Positions 1 to 9,943 of a stretch of DNA of 64,000 bases are shown here, piece after piece; within the stretch, counting starts at the first letter, position 1, and every line of letters starts with the position of its first letter. The stretch lies in the NCBI GenBank assembly GCA_020696385.1, contig JAEHCQ010000001.1, positions 288,001 to 352,000 of the forward strand, in the 5' to 3' direction. The notes beneath the pieces were generated by a model that saw only the letters and a program-made list of their open reading frames with translations, did not search any database and was not told the DNA's origin. The position numbers were made by a program, and so were the translations under genes. The DNA comes from Methanobacteriota archaeon. GTDB taxonomy: Archaea; Thermoplasmatota; Thermoplasmata; SG8-5; JAGLSY01.

Positions 1-117
1 ATTTATACCATGTTAATCATTTATTTTATATCCTATATGCAGTGAACATATTATCTACAGTTTACATTTTCGGGCATTTGCTAAGGCCCCTCGATGTGTA
101 GGGAAGGAGAAGGTAAA

Positions 118-3100
118 ATGGAATTTAAAAAATTGAATATCATGGGTGTTTTGATATCGATCATAATCGCTATCAGCATGGTGATGCCGGTAAGTCTAGC
201 CACGGATAATGATCAGAAAGCGTATACTGACGTGGAGGACATATACTATATTGATTTCACTGGGCCAGTCCTCGAGGAATGGTCCGACGCCCTGGACAAC
301 ATAGGTGTGAATGTTATCACCTATGTTCAGGGGAAAGGCTATGAGGTCAAGATGACGGACGCGAAAAAGACAATTGCCGAGGCATTGCCATATGTCAAAT
401 CCGTAATTATCCTGCCAGATGATGCAAAGATATCGCAAGACATAGCTACAAATGGAAATGATGTTGCCATATCCTTGATGCAATCCGCCAGTATGATGGA
501 CACCGTGCAGGAGATAGCGAATTATGTCGATGTCTTACAGGAAGGAGTGACATCAAATGGCTATGTCGTAAGAGGAACATTGAAGGATGTGGGAGTGTTG
601 AGCACACTGGCATCTTTTAAGGATGTTCATTACATTTCACCACACATTGAAGATGAACTCAAAGATGAAGCTGGCATGCAACAAATTGGTGGCTTCCTTT
701 GGGTTGATGATCCGGATAATGATCCCGACACACCATACAGAGACACAGGAGGCGGATTCGGAACATATGTCAATCATCTGGGATGGACAGGTGATGGAGT
801 TATCGTGGGTATTGCGGATACTGGTTTAGGCGACGGAACCACTGGAGATGCTAACCATATTGACTTTGAGAATCGAGTGATCGGTGGAACTGAATATGGA
901 GCTGGTGACTGGGCAGATGGACATGGTCATGGGACACATTGTGCAGGTCTTATAGTTGCTAATGGTTTCGAAGGAACAGGTGTGACTCACAGTGGATTCG
1001 GCAACTACTACGCTGGAATGGGATTGGCATATGATGCTGAAATATATGCACAGAAAATATTCACTGATGCTGGCGGTTGGTCTGGTCCAGCAGATTATTA
1101 TACAATTTTAGAAGATGCTCAAAGAGCTGGCGTGATGGTACACTCTAATTCATGGGGTGCTTCAACATATGGATCATATGATGGTCATGATGAAGCATAT
1201 GACCATGCGGTCAGAGATGCGGATGACAATGCAGCTGGAAACCAACAATTGATAATCACCGTTGCTGCGAGCAATGATGGATCAGGGACCAATACCATAG
1301 GCAGCCCTGGTAATGCGAAGAATGTTATAACCGTAGGAGCAACAGAGAATTACTGGCCAGATATGGCTAACTATGGAAATAATATTGATCCAAACACAGA
1401 TGCTGACAATCCTGATCAGATCATTGATTTCAGCTCAAGAGGCTGGACTGATGATAACAGAATCAAGCCAGATGTGGTCGCAGCAGGTTCTGGAACACTT
1501 TCTCCCCGTTCTACAGATGCTTCCATAGATTGTCTTTATGGAACTTACGACGATGATAACAGATACGAATGGTGCTCTGGAACATCCCAAGCCAACCCAA
1601 CAGTGGCTGGCGGTGTTGCAGTGATATACGAATGGTATCTGGCCACATACGGTCAGATCATAACACCTTCCATGGCCAAGGCATTGACAATAAACACAGC
1701 AGTGGACATTGGCGCAGCGGACATACCAAACAGAAATGAAGGGTGGGGAAGGATGTATTTGCCCACGATGATGGATCCTCCTGCACCATTTATCTTAAAG
1801 GACGAAGTGGGGGAATTAACAACAGGCGTGACAGATTCCTTCACATTCTCATATGCTGATGCATCAGAGCCAGTCAAGATCACTCTGGCATACACAGACC
1901 TATATGCACTGGATGGTGCGAACCCAACGCTTCAGAATCAAGTTAACCTTGAAATAGAAAGTCCATTGGGTGACATATACCATGGTAATGCATTCGCAGC
2001 TGGCTGGACACCGGCAAATACAGATCCGCAAGCGATTTGGGATACCACAGGGGATGGATATGATAATGTGAACAATGTAGAATGTGTTTACATACCACCG
2101 GGAAGTCTTCAAGTTGGCCAGTATACAGTCAGGGTCATTGGAACTAACATACCGGCAGATTGTGATTTTGATGGATCAGATGACCAGGATTACTCACTGG
2201 TCATTTACAATGGACTGGACGTATCAAGCACTGGAACTTGCGACCTGGATGCCCCCTTATACATGGGTGAGGACACAGCAACCATCACGGTGAAGGATGC
2301 TGACCTGAACACAAATGTAGCAGTCCAGACACATGGCATAACAGTTGACAGCGACACAGAACCAGGTGGAGAGAGCGTGACACTTACAGAGACCGGTGGG
2401 GACACTGGCATCTTCGTTGGAACGATCGATCTATCATTAACTGATGCAATTGGTGATCTTCATGTATCGCATGGTGACACAATAACCGCAACTTACACTG
2501 ATTTGGACGATGGCTTTGGTTCTCTGCAGGTTGTTACAGATACAGCTGTGATAGATGCCCAGGTCGGACCACCATCCAGCCTCACTGTCGATTGGTGGGG
2601 TGTGTCAAGTTTGACACTATTGGATGATGATGTCGAAGGTGGAGACCTCGGCTATACAACAGGAGGGGACCTGGAGAGCTTCGCGATCCGAACATTGGGT
2701 TCAAACTCTGGTGCCAGCTCCTGGGACTTCGGCAATGGCAATTATCAAGAATCTGGTGGAGAGAACTCGTGGCTCATAACACCGGCCTTGGCAATACCGG
2801 CCGGTGCGACCTCTGCTTCTCTGAGCTTCTGGCATTGGTGGGACTTCGAGACCACCAACTGGGATGGTGGTAATCTAAAGATATCCACCACAGGTGTTGG
2901 AGGCGCATACAGCTTGATGACCCCAAGTGGAGGACAGGCATATACTGGCACTATCCAGACAGGATACAATAATCCTATGGCGGGTCAGCAGGCTTGGACC
3001 AATGCCCAGGCAAGCTTTGTGGAATCCACCTTTGATCTATTTGCATATGCAGGACAGACCGTGCACATCAAATGGGATGCTGGAGTGGATGATTATGCCA

Positions 3101-3972
3101 CTACAGATGCTGGATGGAGAATTGATGATATCCTCGTCCAGGCGACTGGAAGCGGTGCGAACAATGACAATCTGCTCAACTGGACACTGTCCGGAGATGA
3201 TGGTGCTGGAGCCAATGATGTTGACCAGTATAACATATACAGATCAGCGGACAACCCTACAGGCCCATGGGTCGATGTAGCTAGCGTTCCAGCAGGAACC
3301 GATACCTACACAGACGCAGGCCGCGGTGAGTTCGATGGAACCACATGGTGGTACATCGTGCGCGCGCAGGACGCTGTGGGAAATGAGGACACTAACAACA
3401 ATGCAGTGCCAGAACCTGGTGGAGTGGCAGCAGTTCCATATGACATCGACACTAGCGCGGCCGCACCAGGTGATTGGGTCTTCGTATCCTTCCCTATAAC
3501 AGCGTCTGGAGATGTACTAACAGTTCTTGATGATGCGAACTGGGGCAATGGTGACACCACATGGGAGATCGTTAGCTGGTACGATCCGGTAGACGCAGAT
3601 CATTGGAAGACCTATGACAAAGCACAGTTCGCTGCAGGATTGGCGCAGGATATGCCAACCGTGGACAATGCGAAGGGTATGTGGGTGAAGCTCACAACAG
3701 CAGGATCACTCCTGAGTGTTGGAGAAGGACAAGAGCCAACAACCACAGATATCACTCTGAGCACTGGCTGGAACCTAATAGGCTATCCCGCCCAGGATGA
3801 TTCAACCTACGATGTTGGTGATCTGAAGACAGCGACAGGTGCGACCATGGTTGAAGGTTACGGTGCTGGACCATACAATATCGTCACACTCGCAGACAAC
3901 TATGTCTTGCAGCGTGGAGAGGCGTACTGGGTCAAGGTCGGCAGTGGAACAGTATGGACTGTGAACTGGTAA
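118..3972 (+). CDS. Secreted subtilisin-like S8 serine protease with propeptide, beta-sandwich/FN3-like modules and shared C-terminal domain
   Basis: Signal peptide; catalytic motifs GIADTG, DGHGHGTHCAG, AASNDG (oxyanion Asn) and SGTSQANP; KPDVVAAG. The ORF track starts at 94; ATG 118 after GGAGAAGG is preferred. Confidence 0.93.
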   Translation: MEFKKLNIMGVLISIIIAISMVMPVSLATDNDQKAYTDVEDIYYIDFTGPVLEEWSDALDNIGVNVITYVQGKGYEVKMTDAKKTIAEALPYVKSVIILPDDAKISQDIATNGNDVAISLMQSASMMDTVQEIANYVDVLQEGVTSNGYVVRGTLKDVGVLSTLASFKDVHYISPHIEDELKDEAGMQQIGGFLWVDDPDNDPDTPYRDTGGGFGTYVNHLGWTGDGVIVGIADTGLGDGTTGDANHIDFENRVIGGTEYGAGDWADGHGHGTHCAGLIVANGFEGTGVTHSGFGNYYAGMGLAYDAEIYAQKIFTDAGGWSGPADYYTILEDAQRAGVMVHSNSWGASTYGSYDGHDEAYDHAVRDADDNAAGNQQLIITVAASNDGSGTNTIGSPGNAKNVITVGATENYWPDMANYGNNIDPNTDADNPDQIIDFSSRGWTDDNRIKPDVVAAGSGTLSPRSTDASIDCLYGTYDDDNRYEWCSGTSQANPTVAGGVAVIYEWYLATYGQIITPSMAKALTINTAVDIGAADIPNRNEGWGRMYLPTMMDPPAPFILKDEVGELTTGVTDSFTFSYADASEPVKITLAYTDLYALDGANPTLQNQVNLEIESPLGDIYHGNAFAAGWTPANTDPQAIWDTTGDGYDNVNNVECVYIPPGSLQVGQYTVRVIGTNIPADCDFDGSDDQDYSLVIYNGLDVSSTGTCDLDAPLYMGEDTATITVKDADLNTNVAVQTHGITVDSDTEPGGESVTLTETGGDTGIFVGTIDLSLTDAIGDLHVSHGDTITATYTDLDDGFGSLQVVTDTAVIDAQVGPPSSLTVDWWGVSSLTLLDDDVEGGDLGYTTGGDLESFAIRTLGSNSGASSWDFGNGNYQESGGENSWLITPALAIPAGATSASLSFWHWWDFETTNWDGGNLKISTTGVGGAYSLMTPSGGQAYTGTIQTGYNNPMAGQQAWTNAQASFVESTFDLFAYAGQTVHIKWDAGVDDYATTDAGWRIDDILVQATGSGANNDNLLNWTLSGDDGAGANDVDQYNIYRSADNPTGPWVDVASVPAGTDTYTDAGRGEFDGTTWWYIVRAQDAVGNEDTNNNAVPEPGGVAAVPYDIDTSAAAPGDWVFVSFPITASGDVLTVLDDANWGNGDTTWEIVSWYDPVDADHWKTYDKAQFAAGLAQDMPTVDNAKGMWVKLTTAGSLLSVGEGQEPTTTDITLSTGWNLIGYPAQDDSTYDVGDLKTATGATMVEGYGAGPYNIVTLADNYVLQRGEAYWVKVGSGTVWTVNW

Positions 3973-4028
3973 GCAAAAGACCAAAGAAAAATGAGAGAGC
4001 TTTCGGGCTCTCTCCCATTTAACTTTTT
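3439..4028 (+). repeat. Copy 1 of a duplicated C-terminal-domain plus terminator cassette (copy 2 at 44776-45365)
   Basis: 177-aa C-termini are 148/177 identical by hand count. A 38-bp identical block lies at 3880-3917 and 45217-45254. Similarity continues past the stop codon into the hairpin. Confidence 0.95.
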
Positions 4029-4030
4029 AT
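3993..4030 (+). terminator. Hairpin plus T-rich terminator
   Basis: GAGAGAGC-TTTCGG-GCTCTCTC followed by CCATTTAACTTTTTATTTTTT, just downstream of the stop codon. Confidence 0.75.
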
Positions 4031-4394
4031 TTTTTCAAACTTTTACAAATAGTATAGGGGTTGATCCGTTCTTGAACTTTAGCCAGTAACTATTGTTAAA
4101 TGATGAGGGGGGGAAAAATATATATATGAATGATAGAAAAATATATATACTATAATAAAATGATATTATAAATAATTTTCATTCTTTTGAATTCAAACAA
4201 ATTAACAATATCATATCAAAAATTATATATATGCCAAATGGAAACATATATATAGTAAAAAAAACTCATAATATTTTAAGTGAATACTTATTTATAGCCC
4301 TATATCCAATATATATTTTTAACTTCGAAATCAAGATTTGAGATTAATAAAAACAATATCACATATTTTTTGTGATATCTTGGAGGGAGTAGGA

Positions 4395-7300
4395 ATGGAT
4401 ATAATGGGCATGCATACAAATAAGAAAATTGGAGCGAGCATATTGATCACCATGATGCTACTGGCATCACTTACAGGACTTATCGGATCAGGTGTTATGG
4501 ATTCGGATCCATTAGTGAGTGCTGAGCCGATCGACCTTTCACGGCAGATAACCTCAGACAGGATACCTATGAAAACTGGAAGCACTGTTTTGGATTCCAC
4601 ACCTGGGATAAGACAACTGACCGAGTACAGAGCGGATTATAAAGCAAGTGAGGGAGAAAATGTCATATTGGCAGCAGCAGAACCTCTGCAAATTAATTCC
4701 TTATTCCCGGATGTGGATACAGGAAGAACCGTTCTGCTTGAGATAGCATCTGGAATTGACAATGGTTCCTTCGTACCAGCGTATCTATATGCAGGTAATC
4801 AGGCCGCGGCTTATTCCAGAAATGATGTCGCACTCATGGAGCTGAACAGCTGGATGGATGGAAATATTGTCGCTGCAACCTACTGGGGATTGCAGGACAA
4901 GGAATTCGCTCCAGGGGAGTTCAATTGGCTTCTTGGAGGAGATCCAGCAGATGATGCCGCCATGAGGGAATATTATACAGCTCCTTATGGTCTGGACACC
5001 TTCCCCGCTTACCTTAATTCAGATACAGCAGGAGATCCAAATGATCTGATGAATGCTGGTGGTTTCGCAATAGACGGTGGATTTGCTGGAAAATACGACG
5101 GCAGTGGTGCTTTTTATTCAGATTGTGATTCAACTTCAACAGGAAGATGGGATGGCGCAGGAGGTGCAGTTCCAGAGTTCATTCAAGATGACCTGGACGC
5201 GAGGATCGCGACACCAAGTGATCTGACAATGACATTGAATGGTTCATATGACGATGTACTTGAGGAGGGAACTTTCTCATTGGCTATATCATCAATTGGG
5301 AACATGGGAGACCTTGGTTATGATTCAAACAAGTTCGTTACCACTTTCTTCATAGTTGATGATTACAACACTGTGGTTACCAGGAACAATGCCCTGGGGC
5401 CAACAGGTCCAGGATACACTGTCAAGGATTATAACATAAGATATTCCATGCAACAGTGGGTGGGAACTGATGAGGCACTTGATGGTTCACTAGACAGCAG
5501 AGGTGAAACGGTAACCTATCAGGACGTGGCCTTCTCCAGGAACCCGACAGTTAGAGCTGCAAATCTCGGCGGAGGGGCGATGCCCGCATGGAACCTGAAT
5601 GAACTGGGTGTCATAGCCGCGATATACGATGAAGAGACAATGGAAGTTCACCAGGCAGTTTACTATGACTTCGCAGACAATACACCAGATATTGCCATTC
5701 AGGCTACAGATGTTTCATACGGTCTACCACCGGTAGCGGTGGTCAATGAGACTGTGTTTGGTCCTACTTCAGTTGGCCAGACTACCTTCAATATAGGGTA
5801 CACTAACATAATCGATTGTACTCTTTACGTTGATGAAGATGAATTCGCTTCAACACCCTTCGACTGGTACAAATTATGGGAGGTCGGAGCTGGTGGCTGG
5901 GATGATTACACATTGGACTATGACACTGGTGACGTTTACCTAGAATACGAATGGTGGGCGGACACATCATACATCCACGGATGGCTCAATTATTCCGCAA
6001 CACCAAATAGTGGAGATATTGTTCCGGTTCACATATCGATCGATAATGCCGGGCGTTCATCTTCAGGATCAAATGTCAATGTAGGTATCTATGATGGAGA
6101 CCCGACCAGTGGTGGTGCTTTATTAGGTACACACGATGCAGGGGTCATGGCCTCTGGATCCACGGTTGATTTCACATATAATTGGGATTCCACAGGATAT
6201 CAGGGATACTACTCACTATGTATAATCCCAGATTATCTGGATGCAATATCCGAGTCAAATGAGAACAATAATATTGCTCCTGTGGACGTGTATATCGCAC
6301 CACCAATGGATGTCGGAGCCTTCGCGATCAGTTCACTGGTCGACCAGGCCACATATGAATGGGGGCCACGAAATATCAATGCCAACATTGGGAACATGGG
6401 AACAACATCTCAAGGACCCTTCCCGGTAAAGATCGAGATCAATCATCTCGGTTCTACCACATACCTACTCAATGATGATTGTGAAAGTGGAATACTACCA
6501 GGTTGGACACCAGATGGACCAGTCGCACCTGGCTGGGATCTAAGAGCTAATGCAGCCAACAGTCCTGCAACATCATGGGACTTCGGAGACGGTAATTATG
6601 GGGCTGGACCGCATGATTATAAACTGGAATTCGGACCTTTCGATCTGACAGGGGCTTTCACAAGTGCGGAATGGAAATGGTTCCATAACTACGATTGGGA
6701 AGCTGGCTGGGACGGTGGAGTTCTGGATGTCAGTGCCGATGGAGCCGCATGGACAAGGGTCGTATCGGCCAATGGCTATGATGCGGCTTTGGGAACTGGA
6801 TACTTCAATCCGATCGATGGAGATGCGGGTTCTGATGCTTTCACTGGGGCCAGTGGAGGATTCGTGGAGGATTCTGTGGATCTGACACCATGGCTTGGTG
6901 ACGGGACAGTCTGGGTAAGATACTGGGCTGGTGCTGATGATTTCGCAGGTGGAGGAACTGGCTGGAATGTCGATGATATCAGAATATCGAAGAAAACTGC
7001 TGCAGGTGGTTCTTTATTCACAGATGTCAAGGACACCACCCTCACACTGGGTCAGGGCGAGGGCGAGGAGATGACCTGGAACTATGACTTCAATGATGAG
7101 GCAGAATACCAGATATCTGTGATGACCATGCTACCAGGAGATGCAGTTGCAACCAACAATGAATCTGTTGTGAACATCTTCACCATGAACAGCATGCCGC
7201 CAGGACCAGCGACCGATGTGGCAACAGAGGTTGGAGGATCAGGCGGAGCCAGTGTGTACCAGCAGACCACGAGCGACATTGCTGTTGAGAACAACGGTGG

Positions 7301-9758
7301 AATCATAGACCATACCCGGACACATATGCCGGTTGACGGAACATCCGAGCAGATCGTGGAAGCAGTAACTCCCCCAACTCCGGATACCTGGAACAACTAC
7401 ACTGTGGCTTCAGATATGGCTGTTGAAGGAACAGTCACAAATGACTGGTCTTTCATCGATGAGAATCCTCCAACAGGAGACACCGAGACCATCGAGGAAG
7501 TACTCGGTCCTGCCTTGGTCAACATTATAAATGGCGAATCCTTTGAATCCGCCTGGCCAGCAGGCTGGACGGTCGGGGGCGCCTGGACAAGAAGTGCCAT
7601 TGTGACACCTCCATATCACTTAACCGTAAATGCGGAGTGTGATCCAGATTCAGGAGCTGGCGACCTCACCACTAATATAATGGACACATCCAGCTACGAC
7701 CCTCTTCAGTTGGATTTCGGATATATCGATTCAGGTGTAGAAGCTGGTGAAGGAACTGTCTGGGCTTACACAAGCACTGCAGGTGGTACATGGGTGCAAC
7801 TTTTAGATGCAAATGGAGCAGCCACGTTCACAAAATACAGTAATACCTGGACCTTTGGAGCAAACCCAGAATATTTCTGGACAGGATTCCAACTTGAATT
7901 CAGGCTGGGCGGTGCACAAGGCAATGACGAATGGGCCATTGATTATGTTTGGCTCAATGGTACGGGCGTCGGCGCACCTTCACTCGAGCACAAGTGGACA
8001 ACCGACAGCATCCCGGCAGGATATGATGCATTGAATCTCTACGTAAGGGGTCTTTCATCAAACCCGGCAGATGATGTCTTCAGTGTGTTCTGGTCAAACG
8101 ATGATGTGTCATACGCAGATACTGGAATCAACATAGACCAGGCTGGAATGTCAACATATCCATCATACAGTTTCCCACTTGGAGAATCTGGGGTATTGTA
8201 CATACAGGTCATTGATGACAATACCGGAGATGCTGTTTTGACAACATGTGAGATCGACTCGATACGGCTTGAGTGGTATGAGAATACAGCAACACCAGCG
8301 TCTTACAGCCTGGAACACCAATGGCAGTTCGAGGACGTAACAGCAGCAGACAGCCACACCTTCCACGCCTTTGTTGGGTGGGATGGTGCAGGAGCGGGCG
8401 ATGATACATTCGCCTACTATGGCTCTGCCACAGGTGCATTCGCAGGTGAGGAATTCCTGATGTTCACGGACACCACAGCGGCAATAGACGAATACACATA
8501 CCCACTGGGTGCCGGATACACTGGTGCTTTCTATGTAATGGTGGAAGATACAGCCACAGGAGATGCTGAAGACACTGTTTACATAGACACGATGTATGTG
8601 GATTCCGCAACCGGCGGTCTTGGAACGGCCAATGATATCGTACTCAGATGGACTCTATCATCAGACGATGGAGCAGGAGCGGACGATGTTATTGGTTATG
8701 ACATCTACAAGGCAGATGCAGCAGTAGGCAACTACTACGAAGGCGCATATGTACTTGAGACAACCATACCCGCTGGCACGAACAACTTTATTGACACCAA
8801 TGAGGCACTGGACCCAGAGAACTGCTGGTACTACGTAGTTGCTACAGATGGCACATACGATAGTGTGGCATCAGGAATCGTGTCCAAGTTCGACACACTG
8901 CCCGCGGCCATAAATGTATTAGCAAACGGAGTGACACCACTCAGTATATCGATAGGAACAGGCATTATCACCCTGACCGCGGATATACTGGACAATACCA
9001 CCATTGACGAGAATGTATTCCCATTCCTGATAGGAGCGGAATGGTTCGACACTACCGATCCGGGTGTTGGTTTGGCCAATGCAATAGCCTCTCCAATTGA
9101 TGTGTTCTGGGATGGACCTCTAGATAGCATATCTGTGGTCATTGATACATCAAGCTGGGGAGCTGGCGATCATATCGTGAGTGTTCGTGGTAGATCACCA
9201 AATGGTTGGGGACCTGTAACTACGGTTACAGTCACCGTATCAGCACCAGAATATCTGATACCTGTGGTAGCTGGATGGAACCTCGTATCGCTTCCATTAT
9301 TGCCTGGAGATACATCTCTGCCAAATGCATTGATGGATATTGACGGAGATACTACCTGGAACATGTTCCATCACTATGATGGAGCTGCAGCCTATCACTG
9401 GAAGACCTACAACTCGGCCTTCCCCGGACTTAACCACAATTACGTGGATGAGGAAATGGGAGCTTGGATATTCGTGGACACTGTGGGAGATGGCTTCATC
9501 AAGGTAACTGGCACAGATCCATCAGGTACTACGATAAACCTGGTGGCTGGCTGGAACATGGTCGGCTTCCCATCGCAGGTCGAGGGATATACCGCAGGTG
9601 ATCTGAAGACGGATTCCGGAGGATTGGTCACATCGGTGGAGCGCTTCAATGGAGCAGCAGCCTATGATATCGAAGTCATGCCGGACATCGACCAATTCCA
9701 GATCGGTGAGGGGTACTGGGTGTTCTCCACAGGAGCATATATCTGGACAATACCTTAG
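4395..9758 (+). CDS. Very large secreted modular protein (degenerate Omp28-like region, CARDB, MAM/immune-inhibitor-A-like sandwiches, FN3-like, C-terminal GWNL domain)
   Basis: Signal peptide; CARDB end motif (ISESNENNNIA); WDFGDGNY...WDGG...GWNVDDI sandwich; WTLSSDDGAGADDV module shared with the S8 protease; C-terminal GWNLVSLP...GWNMVGFP...GEGYWV. ORF track start is 4338; ATG 4395 after GGAGGGAG is preferred. Confidence 0.8.
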   Translation: MDIMGMHTNKKIGASILITMMLLASLTGLIGSGVMDSDPLVSAEPIDLSRQITSDRIPMKTGSTVLDSTPGIRQLTEYRADYKASEGENVILAAAEPLQINSLFPDVDTGRTVLLEIASGIDNGSFVPAYLYAGNQAAAYSRNDVALMELNSWMDGNIVAATYWGLQDKEFAPGEFNWLLGGDPADDAAMREYYTAPYGLDTFPAYLNSDTAGDPNDLMNAGGFAIDGGFAGKYDGSGAFYSDCDSTSTGRWDGAGGAVPEFIQDDLDARIATPSDLTMTLNGSYDDVLEEGTFSLAISSIGNMGDLGYDSNKFVTTFFIVDDYNTVVTRNNALGPTGPGYTVKDYNIRYSMQQWVGTDEALDGSLDSRGETVTYQDVAFSRNPTVRAANLGGGAMPAWNLNELGVIAAIYDEETMEVHQAVYYDFADNTPDIAIQATDVSYGLPPVAVVNETVFGPTSVGQTTFNIGYTNIIDCTLYVDEDEFASTPFDWYKLWEVGAGGWDDYTLDYDTGDVYLEYEWWADTSYIHGWLNYSATPNSGDIVPVHISIDNAGRSSSGSNVNVGIYDGDPTSGGALLGTHDAGVMASGSTVDFTYNWDSTGYQGYYSLCIIPDYLDAISESNENNNIAPVDVYIAPPMDVGAFAISSLVDQATYEWGPRNINANIGNMGTTSQGPFPVKIEINHLGSTTYLLNDDCESGILPGWTPDGPVAPGWDLRANAANSPATSWDFGDGNYGAGPHDYKLEFGPFDLTGAFTSAEWKWFHNYDWEAGWDGGVLDVSADGAAWTRVVSANGYDAALGTGYFNPIDGDAGSDAFTGASGGFVEDSVDLTPWLGDGTVWVRYWAGADDFAGGGTGWNVDDIRISKKTAAGGSLFTDVKDTTLTLGQGEGEEMTWNYDFNDEAEYQISVMTMLPGDAVATNNESVVNIFTMNSMPPGPATDVATEVGGSGGASVYQQTTSDIAVENNGGIIDHTRTHMPVDGTSEQIVEAVTPPTPDTWNNYTVASDMAVEGTVTNDWSFIDENPPTGDTETIEEVLGPALVNIINGESFESAWPAGWTVGGAWTRSAIVTPPYHLTVNAECDPDSGAGDLTTNIMDTSSYDPLQLDFGYIDSGVEAGEGTVWAYTSTAGGTWVQLLDANGAATFTKYSNTWTFGANPEYFWTGFQLEFRLGGAQGNDEWAIDYVWLNGTGVGAPSLEHKWTTDSIPAGYDALNLYVRGLSSNPADDVFSVFWSNDDVSYADTGINIDQAGMSTYPSYSFPLGESGVLYIQVIDDNTGDAVLTTCEIDSIRLEWYENTATPASYSLEHQWQFEDVTAADSHTFHAFVGWDGAGAGDDTFAYYGSATGAFAGEEFLMFTDTTAAIDEYTYPLGAGYTGAFYVMVEDTATGDAEDTVYIDTMYVDSATGGLGTANDIVLRWTLSSDDGAGADDVIGYDIYKADAAVGNYYEGAYVLETTIPAGTNNFIDTNEALDPENCWYYVVATDGTYDSVASGIVSKFDTLPAAINVLANGVTPLSISIGTGIITLTADILDNTTIDENVFPFLIGAEWFDTTDPGVGLANAIASPIDVFWDGPLDSISVVIDTSSWGAGDHIVSVRGRSPNGWGPVTTVTVTVSAPEYLIPVVAGWNLVSLPLLPGDTSLPNALMDIDGDTTWNMFHHYDGAAAYHWKTYNSAFPGLNHNYVDEEMGAWIFVDTVGDGFIKVTGTDPSGTTINLVAGWNMVGFPSQVEGYTAGDLKTDSGGLVTSVERFNGAAAYDIEVMPDIDQFQIGEGYWVFSTGAYIWTIP

Positions 9759-9782
9759 GGACATAAAGAAGTGCAACGTAAT

Positions 9783-9830
9783 GGGGAAGGTTCCAAGCCT
9801 TCCCCCCTTTTACTTTATTTTTACTTTTAT
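9783..9830 (+). terminator. Hairpin plus T-rich terminator
   Basis: GGGGAAGG...CCTTCCCC stem followed by T tracts, after the stop at 9758. Confidence 0.7.
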
Positions 9831-9943
9831 TTATTACTGCCTTCCAGATAGGAGATGGATATTGGATCTATTCAACTGGAGTATATCCGTGGATGATACC
9901 CTAACCTTAACAGATTTATACCCGCCTCTCTATTCCACTTCCA

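Noticed and set aside
4030-4390. AT-rich stretch as a replication origin (likewise 42250-42470)
   Set aside because: No repeated ORB-like elements or adjacent orc1/cdc6; consistent with promoter regions of surface-protein genes.
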